DNA of 62,448 bases, the filler included, from Platydemus manokwari (taxonomy: Eukaryota): NCBI GenBank assembly GCA_037951405.1. It is 5 parts of 5 records of this genome, joined end to end, with 100 filler letters (N's around TTAATTAATTAA, not from the genome) between each part and the next. Parts side by side here need not be neighbours in the genome. Positions count along the whole stretch, not along the records: positions 38,028 to 53,335 come from JBBMOY011305872.1; positions 53,436 to 62,448 come from JBBMOY011314205.1; 3 more parts are not named here. The stretch is one strand, 5' to 3'. Both the position numbers and the translations under genes were made by a program. Position 1 is the first letter of the stretch. Each line of letters opens with the position of its first letter. Positions 39,850 to 54,132 of this stretch are shown in pieces. The notes beneath the pieces were generated by a model. That model was not told the DNA's origin, did not search any database, and saw only the letters and a list, made by a program, of their open reading frames with translations.

Positions 39850-42225
39850 TAATTAGAATTTTGAGTATAGTTTCATTGATCGATAATAAATAACAATAAA
39901 CACTCTTCAATACGGTGTATAATAGACAACTTTGTTTTTTACGATTCTTAGAGAACAAAAACACGAATATTAAAATTAATTTAAAATATAAAATATTATT
40001 ATTTAAAAAATCAGCAATATTTTTTGACAATTTTTTATTGTCAATTTTATTTATTTAAAAAATTATTAATGGTTTTCATTTTTATCTGATTGTTTAAATC
40101 TTTCAAATGAAATTTATAAAGATTACCGAATTCGTTCCATTAAAGTCTATAGTAAAGTAATACACAATTTGATTATTTCTCTTAATATTGATAATTCAAC
40201 TTAGTAAAGGTAATATCTTGATTTCAGTAATTAAACGATTATTTTTATCTAATCTATCAAAACAATTCATTTTTCATATTTAAATGTTTTCTTAAAATTT
40301 AGCTAAATTATATGATTGATTTGTTTATGCACAATAATGTCAAATACTTCATTGCATTTATTTGATTGCTGACACAGACTACCATTAACCTATGAAACAA
40401 TGATTTTTCTCCCATAGTTTGAAATGAATTTTATAAGTATATCAGTGGACTTATTGGATTAAAAACTTTCTAAATATTTTATTTGCTTCTAAATATATGC
40501 TAGATTTACAAGTGTTATAAGTAAAATTTTATAATAGCATGGGCATTTTTGTACTAAGCAACTATAAATAATGAATTTTATCTATTAACCTCCAAATCAA
40601 CACTTCAAGCCAATTTATCTACTTTATTCAAATAGAATTCTTTCAATTAACAAATGACTTATAATTTAAATTGTAGCTTTGTTCTATTTGCGATTTTAAA
40701 TACTCACTTTAGTGCTATAACTTCGAATGAGTGTCAAGAAATAGCTATGGAAGTATGGATGAAATATTATTATTATTAGAGTGTTGAAAGAATACGCCAG
40801 CTTGTTAATTAATATTATGTAACTTAAATTATTGGATATTTTTTGAGTGGAAATGTGCAAATCGACAACAAGAGCGAACCTTACAGCTTAAGTTATATTA
40901 TTCTTTGTTGAAAACTATTCATTTTATTTACTATTAATGTTATCTTTATTATCAATAGTAATAACACGAAACATCTGATTATTCGACACCAGTCTGGTTT
41001 ATTATCCGTTGATTTGTGAAAATGACTCAATTATAGTGAAGATGGTTGCTAATGAACACGCAGATTTTGTCTCTAAGTATCATCTGCCACCCTCATTTAT
41101 TGTCTTTTAAAATTCTCGGGGTTAATATCCCTCTCGTTGTCCTTTCAACATTTATATTAATTAATCTGGAATTTATCAGAGGCACCTCTGTATCGGCACC
41201 TTGAGAGAAGGAACGTGTACGAGTTTTGGACGAGAAAGAGAAAATCCGGAGTTTCGAGAAGAAAGTAGGATAACTGGAAACTGCACACATAAGAACAAAT
41301 TAAAGGATATAGTATATTAAGTATATTATCATCGATATCATTATTATTAATAGTAGTATTTATTATCATCATTGTTAATATTATTGTTGTAAACCGCTAT
41401 TGTTTTTTATAAGACACGCATTGGAAACGAATTGAAAAGTCACGACACAAAATAATATATTTAAATACAATTATAAAAACAAATTAATAAAATTTATATA
41501 TAATTTGAATTAAATCTTTAAAAATTTAATTCATTTAAAAATTCTCGCAATTGTCATCAAAATGACCGAAATAAAGGAGCAAAATTATTAAGCAAAAGGC
41601 TTAATTGGTTATTTGCGATTGATTTTATATTTTACTGGTATGATGACCGAGCTTCTGGAAAATAATTTGATTTTAAATTAATAATTGAGCACAGAGGAGA
41701 CTGAGTTGCTCTGGGCTGCTAAATCTCGAAGAAAAATAAATCCCGGAATAATAGTCCAATAAGGCAATTTCCAATGATTGAATATATATGACCACGTATC
41801 ACTCCGCATTTAAAGAAAAATCACAATAATTGTTTATAATTATTAATGAAGCTGCATTGTTCTCCTCGAGCGTGCTTCTTTTGATCAGTCCATAATCAAG
41901 GTTTTGGTAGAGTTATATGCTATGATATATGTATGTTTTAATTGTAGTGTGCTAAAATATTTAGTCCGGTATGTACAAAAATGTTTGATCGCTATATGTC
42001 AGGGGGTTTATCCAACAAAGTAAATAAAAATAAAATATATCAATTTTAATAAAATAAAAATGCATGAACTTAAAATTTAATTTTAATATAAGAACAGAAA
42101 GAGTATATTCACTTTGATATATAAGAAGGATTCGTTGGTTCTAGGAGATTGCGAAGGAATTTCATGATCGAGTAACTGGTGTTGAGACTATCCGGTGGGT
42201 GTCGAGACTCTTCTTGGTTATATCC

Positions 42226-42283
42226 AATTTAATGAATTCGGTTACGTCAGTGATAATTATATCTGACTCGTCAGTGTTGAATC
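42226..42283 (-). ncRNA. Decayed type I hammerhead-ribozyme-like motif
   Basis: Minus strand: gattcaaca-CTGACGA-GTCAG-atataattatca-CTGAC-GTAA-CCGAATT-cattaaatt. CUGANGA core and a 5-bp stem II are intact; GAAA is changed to GUAA; stems I and III are imperfect. Confidence 0.4.
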
Positions 42284-44665
42284 GCAGTTTGTTTGTATAA
42301 AGATTCGACTTTATAAGTTTCATAATTTATATAATAAAAAATAATCAAACAATAATTAGTCGATGTGTTTCCACTGGGCTATGCTGCAACAGTTCCTCCA
42401 GCTGGAATCGTGTTTGGGTTATTGTATGTATTATTGTGAATACTCGGTTACTTTGGGTTGGGGCTTTGAGTTTATTGGGTATGTCCTCTACTCTTTCATA
42501 TCTCCTAATTCCTATGTTATGGGTAGTTTCCTTGATTATAAACTGTTGCACAGCTCGATAGAAGCGATTGGGATAGCTTGCCTTCTGGGTTTGTTTTAGA
42601 TCCATAATTTATTTATTGTAATTGTTGACTCCCAGGAGCGATTCCTCCTCTGCAGTAGCTGATTTCGCTATAGGGTCATCATCTCAGCTTCAGTTTTTGC
42701 TTTGCCGATTCATTTTATTTTAATTTTATTAATTTCCCCATATTTTTTATTTTATACTTAGAATGATATGTTTTAATTACTGTTACTGTTTATGAATGCC
42801 TTTTGCATTTTATTTTTTCATATTAAGTTTATTATAGATAACATTTATAGCTTTATATATTAAATTAATTTGTTGGTTGCGTGAGTTGATTTTATCTCTG
42901 GTCCTAAGGGGCTTCAATAACGGGTATGATGACCACGCTATTGGAAAAATTAACATTAGTGCTCTCTAAAAGTCAGACACTGACTGAATCCTTTGGGGAT
43001 GACACCGTTGTGGCTCTGTAAAAGTTGATTGATTATTCTCCCGGCGTGGAGTAGTTATAAATAAATTCACTTTCCTTCTCGAAATGTTGTCAGTTAAAAG
43101 TTTTATTGTCGTGTAATTTTGTGTTTTGTCTGTACTGGACTCAGTATTTATATTTTGCTGAGCCAGCCGCCACTTACTATTTTTGGTAACATATTGTTAC
43201 CACCGACGGTAATTTACATATCGTCTACATTTTTAAGATTTTTCTTAATTGTCCATTTTTCATGTTAATTATTAACTTGTACTTTATATTACATAATTGT
43301 TCTACTTGTCATTCTTGTTCTTATTTTATTATAAATTTATATTTATTTATTTTTATATTTATTTTTAAATTTATATTTATTCATTTTATATTTATTGCCA
43401 TTATCTTATAGATTATTATTTTCTTTTATTATTTTATTTTATATTCACTGTCGTTATTCCCCCATCACCCGCATTCTCCCTGGATTCCTTCATTTATACA
43501 TAACCCTCACAATGATAAATAGCACGTTACAATGATATAATAAATTGTCATAACCAACAATAATAAAATTGGACATAATAAATTGTTATAACAAACAATA
43601 ATAAGTCGATGTGATAAGTGAATACACAAAAATTGATCAGTTTCATGTTGTTGAAATTTTGAGTTTGGTTTGGGATGAATTATTGCGTTTTTGAATTTGG
43701 ATTGGGATAAATGATGGATCTGCTTTGGGGTGTCTGCTTCCATAGCTAAAGGCTTATTTGTTATATACATGCGTTGTGTAATGGATTTTCTATTGGGTGT
43801 GTGTGCTATGTATAAAGGTTGAATTAATTATTTGTGATGAGTGAGGATCCCAACATATAAATAACATTTATATTGTTTATAAATACTCATATTCAGACAC
43901 TATCTATTTACACAACCCACATTTTCATTCACAATTCCGTCTCCAAGATCCCATCATACGTGGTGATTGTGGGTCTATATCTTTTCTTTCTTATTCTAAT
44001 ATAATATTGATAAATTCCTGTAGTTTAGCTTCTTTAAATAACAAGGTGACTATTTTCCCGCTACAATCAATATAATTACAATGAATGATAAATCACTACT
44101 GACGCTTGATCGCAATAATAAAATGGTGGTCAACTAAAACTGACCGCAGTATTTATAGGCGCTTACGCCCTTCCCCCATGTCTACGCGATCTGTTATTTG
44201 ATTAATTATGTTAAATTTGGTTTCTTGTTATCAATTAATTAACCTTATTGTAATCTTATTTATTTCATTCTATTACTAATATTTATAATTTTGTTATTTA
44301 ATTTAAAATATTTCCACTATTTATTATTTGCTTATTTATCTTATCTTATTTTGAAAATTTGAAATCTGGAATATTTAAATTAGGTTTATTTTCGTATTCT
44401 TTGCATAAATCACAGAAGTTAAACAAGCTTCAACTTTGTTCATAAATGAAGTATCAAATTGTACTTTATTAAATAATCAATATTTATTTTCAATCTGATG
44501 AATTTAAAATAATAATTATTAACATTTTTAATAAATTTCAAATTAATTTTATAAAAATAATATCAGATTTTTCAACACCATAATTGACTTATATAATAAC
44601 TTATTTTCAGAGATTAAATTGATCCTTCCGAATTATATAAATTATTTCTCAGTCTATTTAATTTA

Positions 44666-45924
44666 TTGGGTTGGTGCATAAGTTCTTGCGATTTTTTACA
44701 ATTATGAAAAATGCATACCGATTGAGACTGAGATATTTGTTTTTTCTAATGATTTCATAAATTCTTTTTATATCTGGAATTTTTTGCATGGTTTTTATTC
44801 TTAATCAGGGAGATATTCTCCGGCACAATCGATCACTTCCTTCCACTGTTCTGACAGTTTGTCAATCCCACGTTTGAAAAAGCTTCGTGACTTTTGATCG
44901 AAAAATTATTCAATCCACGTTGTTATTGCTTTTTCGTTTTTAAATGTGAGACAAGAATAATGGTTCGATTAGGAGTGGAAAAGATGAACAACTGTTGGGT
45001 TTAAGTCGGGAAAATATGGAAGATGGGAAAAACTTCCCAGCAAAGCTCTTCAATAGACAATTTTGTCATTGTGGCGACATGAGGCCGAACATTGTAATGT
45101 AATCTTCTTATTGGTCCTCTTCGCTTTGATTGCAGTGTTTACTTGCTTGAGTTGTTTATAATAAAGTGCGGCATTGGTTGTTTGGTTTCTTGGCAACCAA
45201 CTTGGTCCACCAATTGCACGACATGATTTTGGGTTGGTGAACCTCGGGTTTTACACGTGGTTGTGGTTGTTTTTGAGGACTTACACAAGCTTTTTTGTGT
45301 TTCAAATTTACATACAGGCACAATTTCTTATCACATGTTAAGATCCTCTAAAGGAAAGATTTATATTGCTGCACAGCATATTCATGGTGTACGAGTAAAG
45401 ATGCAGAAATTGAAGCACGTTGATTTCCATTGAGAAGGTGAGGTACCTATTATTCAAGCTTTTGAATTTTCCCATTTTCTTGACATGTTGAGAAATAGTG
45501 GTGTGATCACAATCCATGGCTTGTTCAACTGCTTGTGTCGATTGACGCGGATCATCATGAATCAATTAGTTCAAACCGTCTTCAAAGCCACTAGGTTGGC
45601 TTGACCAAAGTACATCATTTAAATCAAAATTACACTGTTAAATTTCGAATACCACTTCTGTGCTGTTCTTTCACTGACTGCCTTTTCTCCATAAACGTAA
45701 CAAATAATTTTGGTGGCCTCTGCAGCGTTTAATTGTTGATTAAAATAGAAAAGGAGTAGATGCCGGAAATGTTCATTTTTATCTAGCTAACACTTCATTT
45801 AAATAAGAGTAATGAAAGTGAAAGTTAGTCTACAATGATATATATATATATAGATAATTTAGCTAAATGATTATAACTCAAATCAGTTAAAACAGGAAGT
45901 TGGTGTGTTTATGCGCCAACCCAA
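44666..45924 (-). mobile_element. Full-length decayed mariner transposon, family B (1259 bp)
   Basis: TIRs TTGGGTTGGYGCATAA at both ends, each flanked by TA. Transposase pseudogene 45798-44801: MKC*LDKNEHFRHLLLFYFN...VYGEKAVSERTAQKW...DPRQST...ILTCDKK...HYNVRPH...PYFPDLNP...GIDKLSEQWKEVIDCAGEYLPD*. Confidence 0.95.
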
Positions 45925-48900
45925 TATTTACTTAAACTGATTTTTTCGGTATTTAATCGTTCTAATAGTGCGAATATATTGAACTAATCGAAGTTTTCAA
46001 TTGCCATTCTCATATATGGATAGTTATTTGCTTATGAATAATAGGAATTACTTTTTTAAAAAAAAACAGAGCTTTACTTATCAAAAGTAAAGTGAATTTA
46101 TTTTATTTTTACAAAGTTTCAAATAGGTTTCTTCACCGGCTAACTCTATTTAGAAGTTCTGTCGTCAGACTATATAATGACTTCAGTTTGAGATCTTATT
46201 TCTATCTGTGAATTCTAATAACTCTCACATGGTTTATTACTGTTGCTCTAAATCAGAGATATGTGACTGACACGATTCAAGGCCAGTGTACTATTTACTA
46301 GACATGTTTACTTTAATGAATTTTAATCTATTAAAGGTTACATTAATTGGCTAAATCCAATTAGAATTAATTGAAGCAATGATAATGACTTGCATCTAAT
46401 TCATTTTTTTTTAATAATTACCTTACCTTTGCTAATTCAACAATATTACCAACAATTTAACTGTATAAGGAATTTGGTTGTGTAAAGTTCCGATAACTGA
46501 TTAATCCATTCATTTCACTTAATTTATTTCTTCAAAGTGTGTTACTCAGTTTTTATTCAGATTTCGTAACTGGACTATCCTATGTAATAAATATGATTTG
46601 TTAAGTTTCAGATAATCATATTTTAGTTTTATTTTATTATCAGTGGTTTATTGACAGAGGAAATTTGTAGACAGATATTCATACCTTAATTTTAATCCAA
46701 TTATTTATATTATCTTTTTAATTAATAAAGACTTATTTTTTATTTTTAAATTAATTAAAGAATTCATTCCTTTGAGGAAAAAATGTTGTTTTTTTAATTT
46801 TTTTAATTTTATGACTGTGTTGGGGATTATGAAGTTAGTTGAAATTGAATGAAGATTTTGCTGTTATACGATAACAATTGAGACAGCTATAGACAAATTT
46901 TAGAATTATAATTACGATGAAGGTTGCAATTTTATTCCCAACAGAATCTGTTACTCTCAGATACATAGGAAGTACTCTATATTAATAATAATAATTTAAA
47001 TATAAATATTTAGGGTGATTATTAACTATTCTGAAAAATATGATAAAGAAATAATCAATAAAATAATATTATTAAAGAAACTTTATTAAATAAAGTAAAT
47101 CAGATTTTATTTTACTCAAGAGATACAATTCGCTAATGTGGGCATGTAGACCCTTCAGTATAAGGATTCAGGTGTGTACAACTAAGTGGTGAGACATCCA
47201 TCTCATTAAAAAAAGTGGAAAATAAAGTGGTAATCTTAGTAAGTTTAAATCAACCATATGGCTATCGAGATAGCTGTGGGCGCATAATAATAAAAAAAAA
47301 CTTTACTCATCATTGAATCAAAATAATTTTCGTCGGATAAATATTTTGCTTCGTAATATACGTTTCGATTGAAAAATAGTCGTCGATAATTTCGCTTCGT
47401 AGATAAACTGACAGTAAGAAATAATTTAATAAATGTAATAACTTGAGCACGTGAAATAAATTGCGAGCTGATTAAATTTGTTTGCTCGTATATATCGATT
47501 AATTTTGTATGTCTCATGCATCATTTTGGTGTGTAAATTGTTGGTCTCTTTTTGTTGCTAATTTTAACGGCTCCAGTTTTATGTGGAATTTTTTGTAAAT
47601 TTTATTTTATTTTTTTAAATACATTTTATGTTTGTGCCTATTTATAATTCAATGTATAGTGTTGTGATATATGGTTGAATTTTCAGATTTTTATAATTTT
47701 ATTTTCACTTAATGTCTAATATTTTTCTGACTCAAAACGTTTGTCCTACCTACTTTACGGGTATATTCGACTCCACATATGCAATAGTATAAGATGTTTA
47801 AATTTAGACCACTTACTGATATGTCGATTAGAAATAGCATTGAATTATTTCAACTATGATAACTTATAACTATCAGATATTAAATACGATAGAAATAATA
47901 GATTAAAATTTTGGAACACATTTGGAAAATAAAGTTTATTCTTGTTGGTTGGTATACACTGTTGAACATACTAAATTTCTAATTATAATATGATTCGCCA
48001 TGTACATGGCATAGAAATATAAATAATATATTAAAGAATTATCGTGATATGTGAACAAATTATCAAAATAATTTTAATAGATATCCTGGTGAATTTATGA
48101 AAACACATGGTGACTATTATTTATATTAACCACATTGTGAAAATTCTAGAGTATTGTCATGTGATTTGCTTTGTAAATTTTATTTAATTAACTGCATTTA
48201 ATGGGTTTTTAGTAGATTGATAATTATAAAATTGAGTAATAATTTAAATAATGACTTTTCACCAATAATATTGTCTTATCACGGGTTATATTTGTCTCAC
48301 GGCATCTGTTCTTAGTTTGAAATATGTCAGGAATTATTTGTCTTGCGATTACAATCTTTTTATGATATATTTATTGTCCCTTTGCTTAGTGAGTTAATTT
48401 GCATGCAATGATGTCTCTTGACCTTTCTAAATTTAACAACTATTAGTATTGATGGTATCCTACTAGCTTGTGCTGAGTAGTACCTGATGATTACTTATGT
48501 ATGATAATTCAACCGGTGAAAACTCGATGAATTATTTGTATACTCTTTAAATGATTATTAGAACCCGAATGATGATGATTCCACCATTAATCCGACTTTA
48601 ATCAGTAAAAAGAATGCGTGTAATTCGGATAGTATAATAACAATAATAATATAATCGAATAACGAAATGATAAGATTAATGCGTTTATTATAAAAAATTG
48701 AGAAATGTGTTATGCTATATAATTAACAAAAGGAAGTATGCCCTGAAGAGTTTTAAAGCAAACCGACGTAGGGAACTAAGTGCCGCCTTACTTCGGAGGA
48801 GAAACTAGAAAAGATACGATTTTAGTTACTATTATGTTAGTGCTACAAACCCTTGCGGCTTTGCAGCGTAATGATACCGTGATACAAATGTTTTCGCCTT

Positions 48901-49123
48901 TGCACCGAGGATCGCAGTTAATGTAAATGTGGTACCTAGTGCAAACCCTAGCGGCTTTATACTCTAGCACTGATAGACTAATCAAAATTACCGAGTGCAT
49001 CAACAATGATTGCAAATGAAGTTCCTTCTGTATTGGTTAATCTGTTGGGTGTCAAAGAATATAGATGCCGTTGATTGGTGTGATTTCTGTCAGCAGCTCC
49101 AGTAAGCAATAAAATTGAATTCG

Positions 49124-49247
49124 ATTTAAATTCCGCAAGTTATTTGATGACTAGATTTAAATTCTGTGAGTTATCTGACAAGTAGATATAAGTTTCGTAA
49201 GCTAGTTGATGAGTAAATTCAAATGTCGTAGGCAATTTGATGAATCT
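49124..49247. repeat. Diverged 31-bp tandem minisatellite, 4 copies
   Basis: Units start at 49124, 49155, 49186 and 49217; consensus about ATTTAAATTTCGTAAGTTATTTGATGAGTAG. Confidence 0.8.
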
Positions 49248-52200
49248 TTATTGTAAATCTTGTGGGCCAATCTCCTTCTTTGCCTGTTTTTTACACTGTT
49301 TCTCCGGGGTATGTGAGAGTTTTTGATGAATATGATTATTTGAAAAAATTTTAATGCCGTTGTCTTGGCAATTTATTTGATTTTTAGATTTTACCATGGT
49401 GACTTCATAATACCAAGAGCGTTGCCCCTGTAACGTATTAATTCACCATGACGATTTGATTAATTATTATTTTTTTTATTTAAATTCTAAAAATTAAAAA
49501 TTGTGTGTGAAAGTGGGCAGCATATGTGGCTGAATTTGTATTATTGATTAAAAAAATTTCATAAATATAATGCAAATGCGAATCTAAAAGGATTACTTAA
49601 TATCGTTCTAAGTGTTGAATAGATAAGTAGGTTATAATGGGCAATGAAATTAAAATAAAACTGAAAATTTGCTTTTGAATTGATGATATGACAATTGAGA
49701 AAGCCGAACTGAATGAATCGAAGAATTCAAAAAGATCAGTAGGACACAAAGTACTAAATAATCGAAAACCAAACCACTTAGTTGACTAACTGCAAAGGTT
49801 GCTAACCAAAGTTAATGCTATTTAATGTGTAAAAATCAATAGAGATAATATATTTATTTTAATAGTTCAAAAATGAATAGAAGTTATAATTTAAAATATA
49901 AATGACCAAAATTGTAGTAGCGTTTTGCTTCGATAGAATAATCAATTCAATTTTTGTTGTCTACCACAGTTATCTACTCCGTAACCGATGCAGATAATAA
50001 CGTTAAATATACTCAACATATATTCAAAAATTTACAAGCCATTATCTGTAGACAATTTTCATTTTTTATTTAGGATAAATATAATGCCATCATGACTATT
50101 TAATTAATTTTCACTTTTTTCTTTTAGATTATTGCTTGAATGAGAAGAGATTAAAATATCTTGTAGTATTTCTTACTGATATTTGGCTCTGTCGAAGTGG
50201 TTGATATTTTTTCTACGTTGCTTTATTTATAACCAGTGGTCGCAATGAATTAAACAAAAATTAATTATAGCTTCTTATTTTTTATTTCTTCTTGAAATAG
50301 TATTTTGAAAAAATAACGTTTTTCTTCTCATTGCGCATACACCTCTTCGGTGTGTCTAACCTATAGCTATCCAAAAGATTTGATTTTTTTATCATCAATT
50401 CATAATTTACTTTTTAATTGTCGTTATTAAAATTATTTTTCAATCTTTATTTTATAATTTTAATATCTTTATAATTTTAATTTTATTTAATGTTAATATT
50501 TTTCTGTTATAAAATAATTACTAATTTTATTATTGCTTACGGACGCTTATTTCCTTAATTCTTTTAACTGGTTTCTTGTTGCTTATTTCGATTTAATTCA
50601 AAAGCGTTTTCTGTTAGAAAAAGATAGGTTATTATTAATTATGACATTATTTTTATAATTGCTTTTATTTCTTCATTATATTAGTTTAATATTTTTCTGT
50701 ATTTAAATCCACGGTAATAATTAAAAGAATATTTTATATTTATACGAGTGCTAATATAAATAATATGAGTACTAATATAATCACGACATAAACAAAATAA
50801 ATATGTTCAATTAATTAAAATAATTTAAATACACTAAGGATAATCTAAATTATAATATTGTAAAATTCAAGAACTCTCGAAACATAAGTATAAGGAACCA
50901 CCTAAGTGACCGGCTAAGCTTCTCAGTAAAAAAAATCAAATAACACGACACAATTGGATTAATTTATAAATTTAGATGAAATCAAAAGCTCGTTTTAGAG
51001 AAACTAACTTAAACTACAAATTTATAATCATAGAAATGTTATCTTGCCAAAAACGCAAAAACTAATTTTATAACTTTGTTTTGTTTATATTTTGATCGAT
51101 TCCAAAATAGAAGATCCTTTAACATGTTTTAGAGTAAGATTTTTTTAAAATATTATTATATGAAGTCTTTGTTTTTCCATTAATTTGTTTTATCGCTTTT
51201 ATTACAGATTGTAATGATTACCAGGTAAATATTATCAAGAGTTTTAAAAATTTTTAATGAGATTTTCTAATTTTCTCTTGTATTTTTGTAATTATTCGAT
51301 TTAGATAATTTGCATCCGATAATTAATTTAAATACTACAAAATTTTATTCATATTTGGTGCATTATACCATTAACCGTATTGTACTCATTTATCATATTT
51401 AATTTGTATCAACAATACTGCGATTTGAAACTGTTTAAGCCTACCTTTAATCAGCGATACATTCATTTAACAATAATGCCGCGGGTGTTTTATTTATTAT
51501 TTGCCTATATAATGATAAAACCAAAACTGTTTTTAAAGATCATATTCAAGTACAAAATACATATACAAAATACTACAATTATACACAAATATAATTGATG
51601 AATAAACTTCGCTGTATTTTAAATTCAATTTGATAAAGATTGTGATCAACTGCTCTTGCGTTATAAAGCAATTTTATGGAATAGCAAGGCAATTGTTTTA
51701 TGAAAGATATTTTTAAAGGGGTTTACAAATTAAAACTAAAATTATCATCTTTTTTCCAATAATGTGATTTGATTATCCACGACTTCCAGGGCATATAATT
51801 ATTTGCAAAAATTATTTTAACGATGATCGTAGATAACTTGACTGAGAGAATAATTTTCCTTGTGGTTTCGATTTGTTATAATGGGGGTACTGTCACTTTA
51901 GATTTCCTTATATACTAGTTTTGACCTGGTGTTAAAATCCCCAATATTACTTGGGTATTGAGTAGGACAAAATTTTTGATTGTCAGATAAAATTATAGCA
52001 GTAATTTTTTCTTGTTTTTTGAGTTCATGCATGATTTTAATTGCAAGATTTATTTGAGGAATTAAATTTTACTTATATAAGTAGAATATTTTAAATGGAT
52101 GGGTTTTATAATGTTTGATTTATTGTGGTGTATTTTTTCATATAGTTGCATTAAATTAAAAAGTAAATGTTAATCATAAAAACCACATTCAATTTAATTG

Positions 52201-53335
52201 CCACTAATTATTTGGATTGAAACGCAGGATTAGATTTGCTGACTTGACGAATTCGGATCTGAAGATTTAAACTTAAAGATCGACATTGAAATCTTTTATG
52301 TCTTATTTTTAGATTATTGTCAATTTTCCATTGGGTTTATCAGAAGACAGTTCTCTTAATTTTATTGGGACATTCATAACTGACGAGTTTTCATCAAATA
52401 AATTTTGCTCCTCTCAACATGTGACTAGACCCTTTATGCTATCTTATTCGAAATTTTAACGGTAGATCGTGGACTGTTTGTTTATGGGATTTAAATATCT
52501 AGATCTTCTTGAATACCATCTAGGTTAATGCCTGATTGGCTCTTTGACTTTTTTGGGTTGAATATCTCTATTATTCTTTTTAAATCCTTTCGATTCAATC
52601 GTTATGCTATTGTATCGTCTCTACTACTTTTATTAATTCTGGTGGAATTTTTAGTTGGTGATGATAATAATAAAAATTAGTCATAATAAATTGTTGATAA
52701 TTTGAATGTTAATTTAATACTTCATATATATAACTTGATATTTGGTCGAGGTTATTCCATCACTATCTGACTCTCAGCAGTGATTAAATCGTTTGTTGTG
52801 TGATACTTATAGTTAAGTATATGATAAATAATAAAAAGACTGATCATATATATTAAATAATTACAATAGTGCAACAATTATAAATAAAAATGTGTAATGT
52901 TGATGAATTTTTATGTTAAGCAATTATGCCTTGAAGATGCTGAACAACCATTGTTTGGAACTAATGCTACCCAACTCTGGATGAAAAAGAAAGTCAGAGG
53001 AATTTAAATTTAGAAAGATATAAAGTATTCTGTTTGAACCTTGGCATTGTAATTGGTCACGGATATTGTCACACTACTGTTCTTACAGTCGCTATCCGGC
53101 CCGGAACCTTATTTATATAATTTTTATTTCCCTTGTTGCAATACTATTTTTAATTATTTTTTTCATATGATTTTATTTATAATTTTTTGTTATTTTTTTT
53201 CATTTTTCACTTCAATTCTCAATTTACTTCGGTTGTCATGCCTGGATTTTATATCATAAGAGGTATTTGGAAATTTTTTATAATTATTTTATATTGTTAA
53301 TATTGTTGGGTTTACAGTGTTTTATGGTTCATATC

Positions 53336-53435
53336 NNNNNNNNNNNNNNNNNNNNNNNNNNNNNNNNNNNNNNNNNNNNTTAATTAATTAANNNNNNNNN
53401 NNNNNNNNNNNNNNNNNNNNNNNNNNNNNNNNNNN
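53336..53435. other. Assembly gap linker
   Basis: N44-TTAATTAATTAA-N44. Confidence 0.97.
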
Positions 53436-54132
53436 AATAAAATTAAAAATAAAATTAATTAACTTTTATTATCCACCAATAGAATAAAATGTAATGTTAT
53501 AAAACAAAAAAATCAAAATAAAACATTATTTAGCTTATGATAATTTATGTAAAGAGTTTGGTAACAAACCATAAATGGCAATGTTCGATTTTCAAAAGTT
53601 AAATTCAATATTTTGTTTTTAATGACCAGAATGGAATCCATAAATGTAACTTATAAATAAAAATTGAAAAATATTCGAATTTTGAATGTAAAGCTTATTT
53701 TGTGTAGTGAAAGAATAAGTGTTGAAATATTTATAGCCAATACTGACTCTCAGAATAGCCTTCAGAATTTAATATTTTTAAAATTTTGAAATTATTTAAA
53801 TTTCATGTTTTACAAATGAATAATGAGAAAACAATTATTTTTAAAACAATTAAATAAAAACAAAAATTTTAAAATCATTTATTTATAATCAAGAAAATTT
53901 AATATAAATAAATAGATTAATAATGAACTAAAAAAGATCATTGAAAATAAAAGAATATTATAAAAAGCTAAAAGATGGGGATCTTCAACTTTGTTAGTGG
54001 CTTTTCTGGGTATGATGGAATGTTTCAAATGGATCTGCGATAGGAGGAATGACAACTAAAGTAAATCAAGCATAACAAACTAAGAAATCAAACCCAAAAG
54101 CCAATAATATAAAAGAATGAAAACACGAAACA

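Noticed and set aside
49124-49247. CRISPR-like periodicity
   Set aside because: Head-to-tail units without unique spacers, eukaryotic context, no cas genes.
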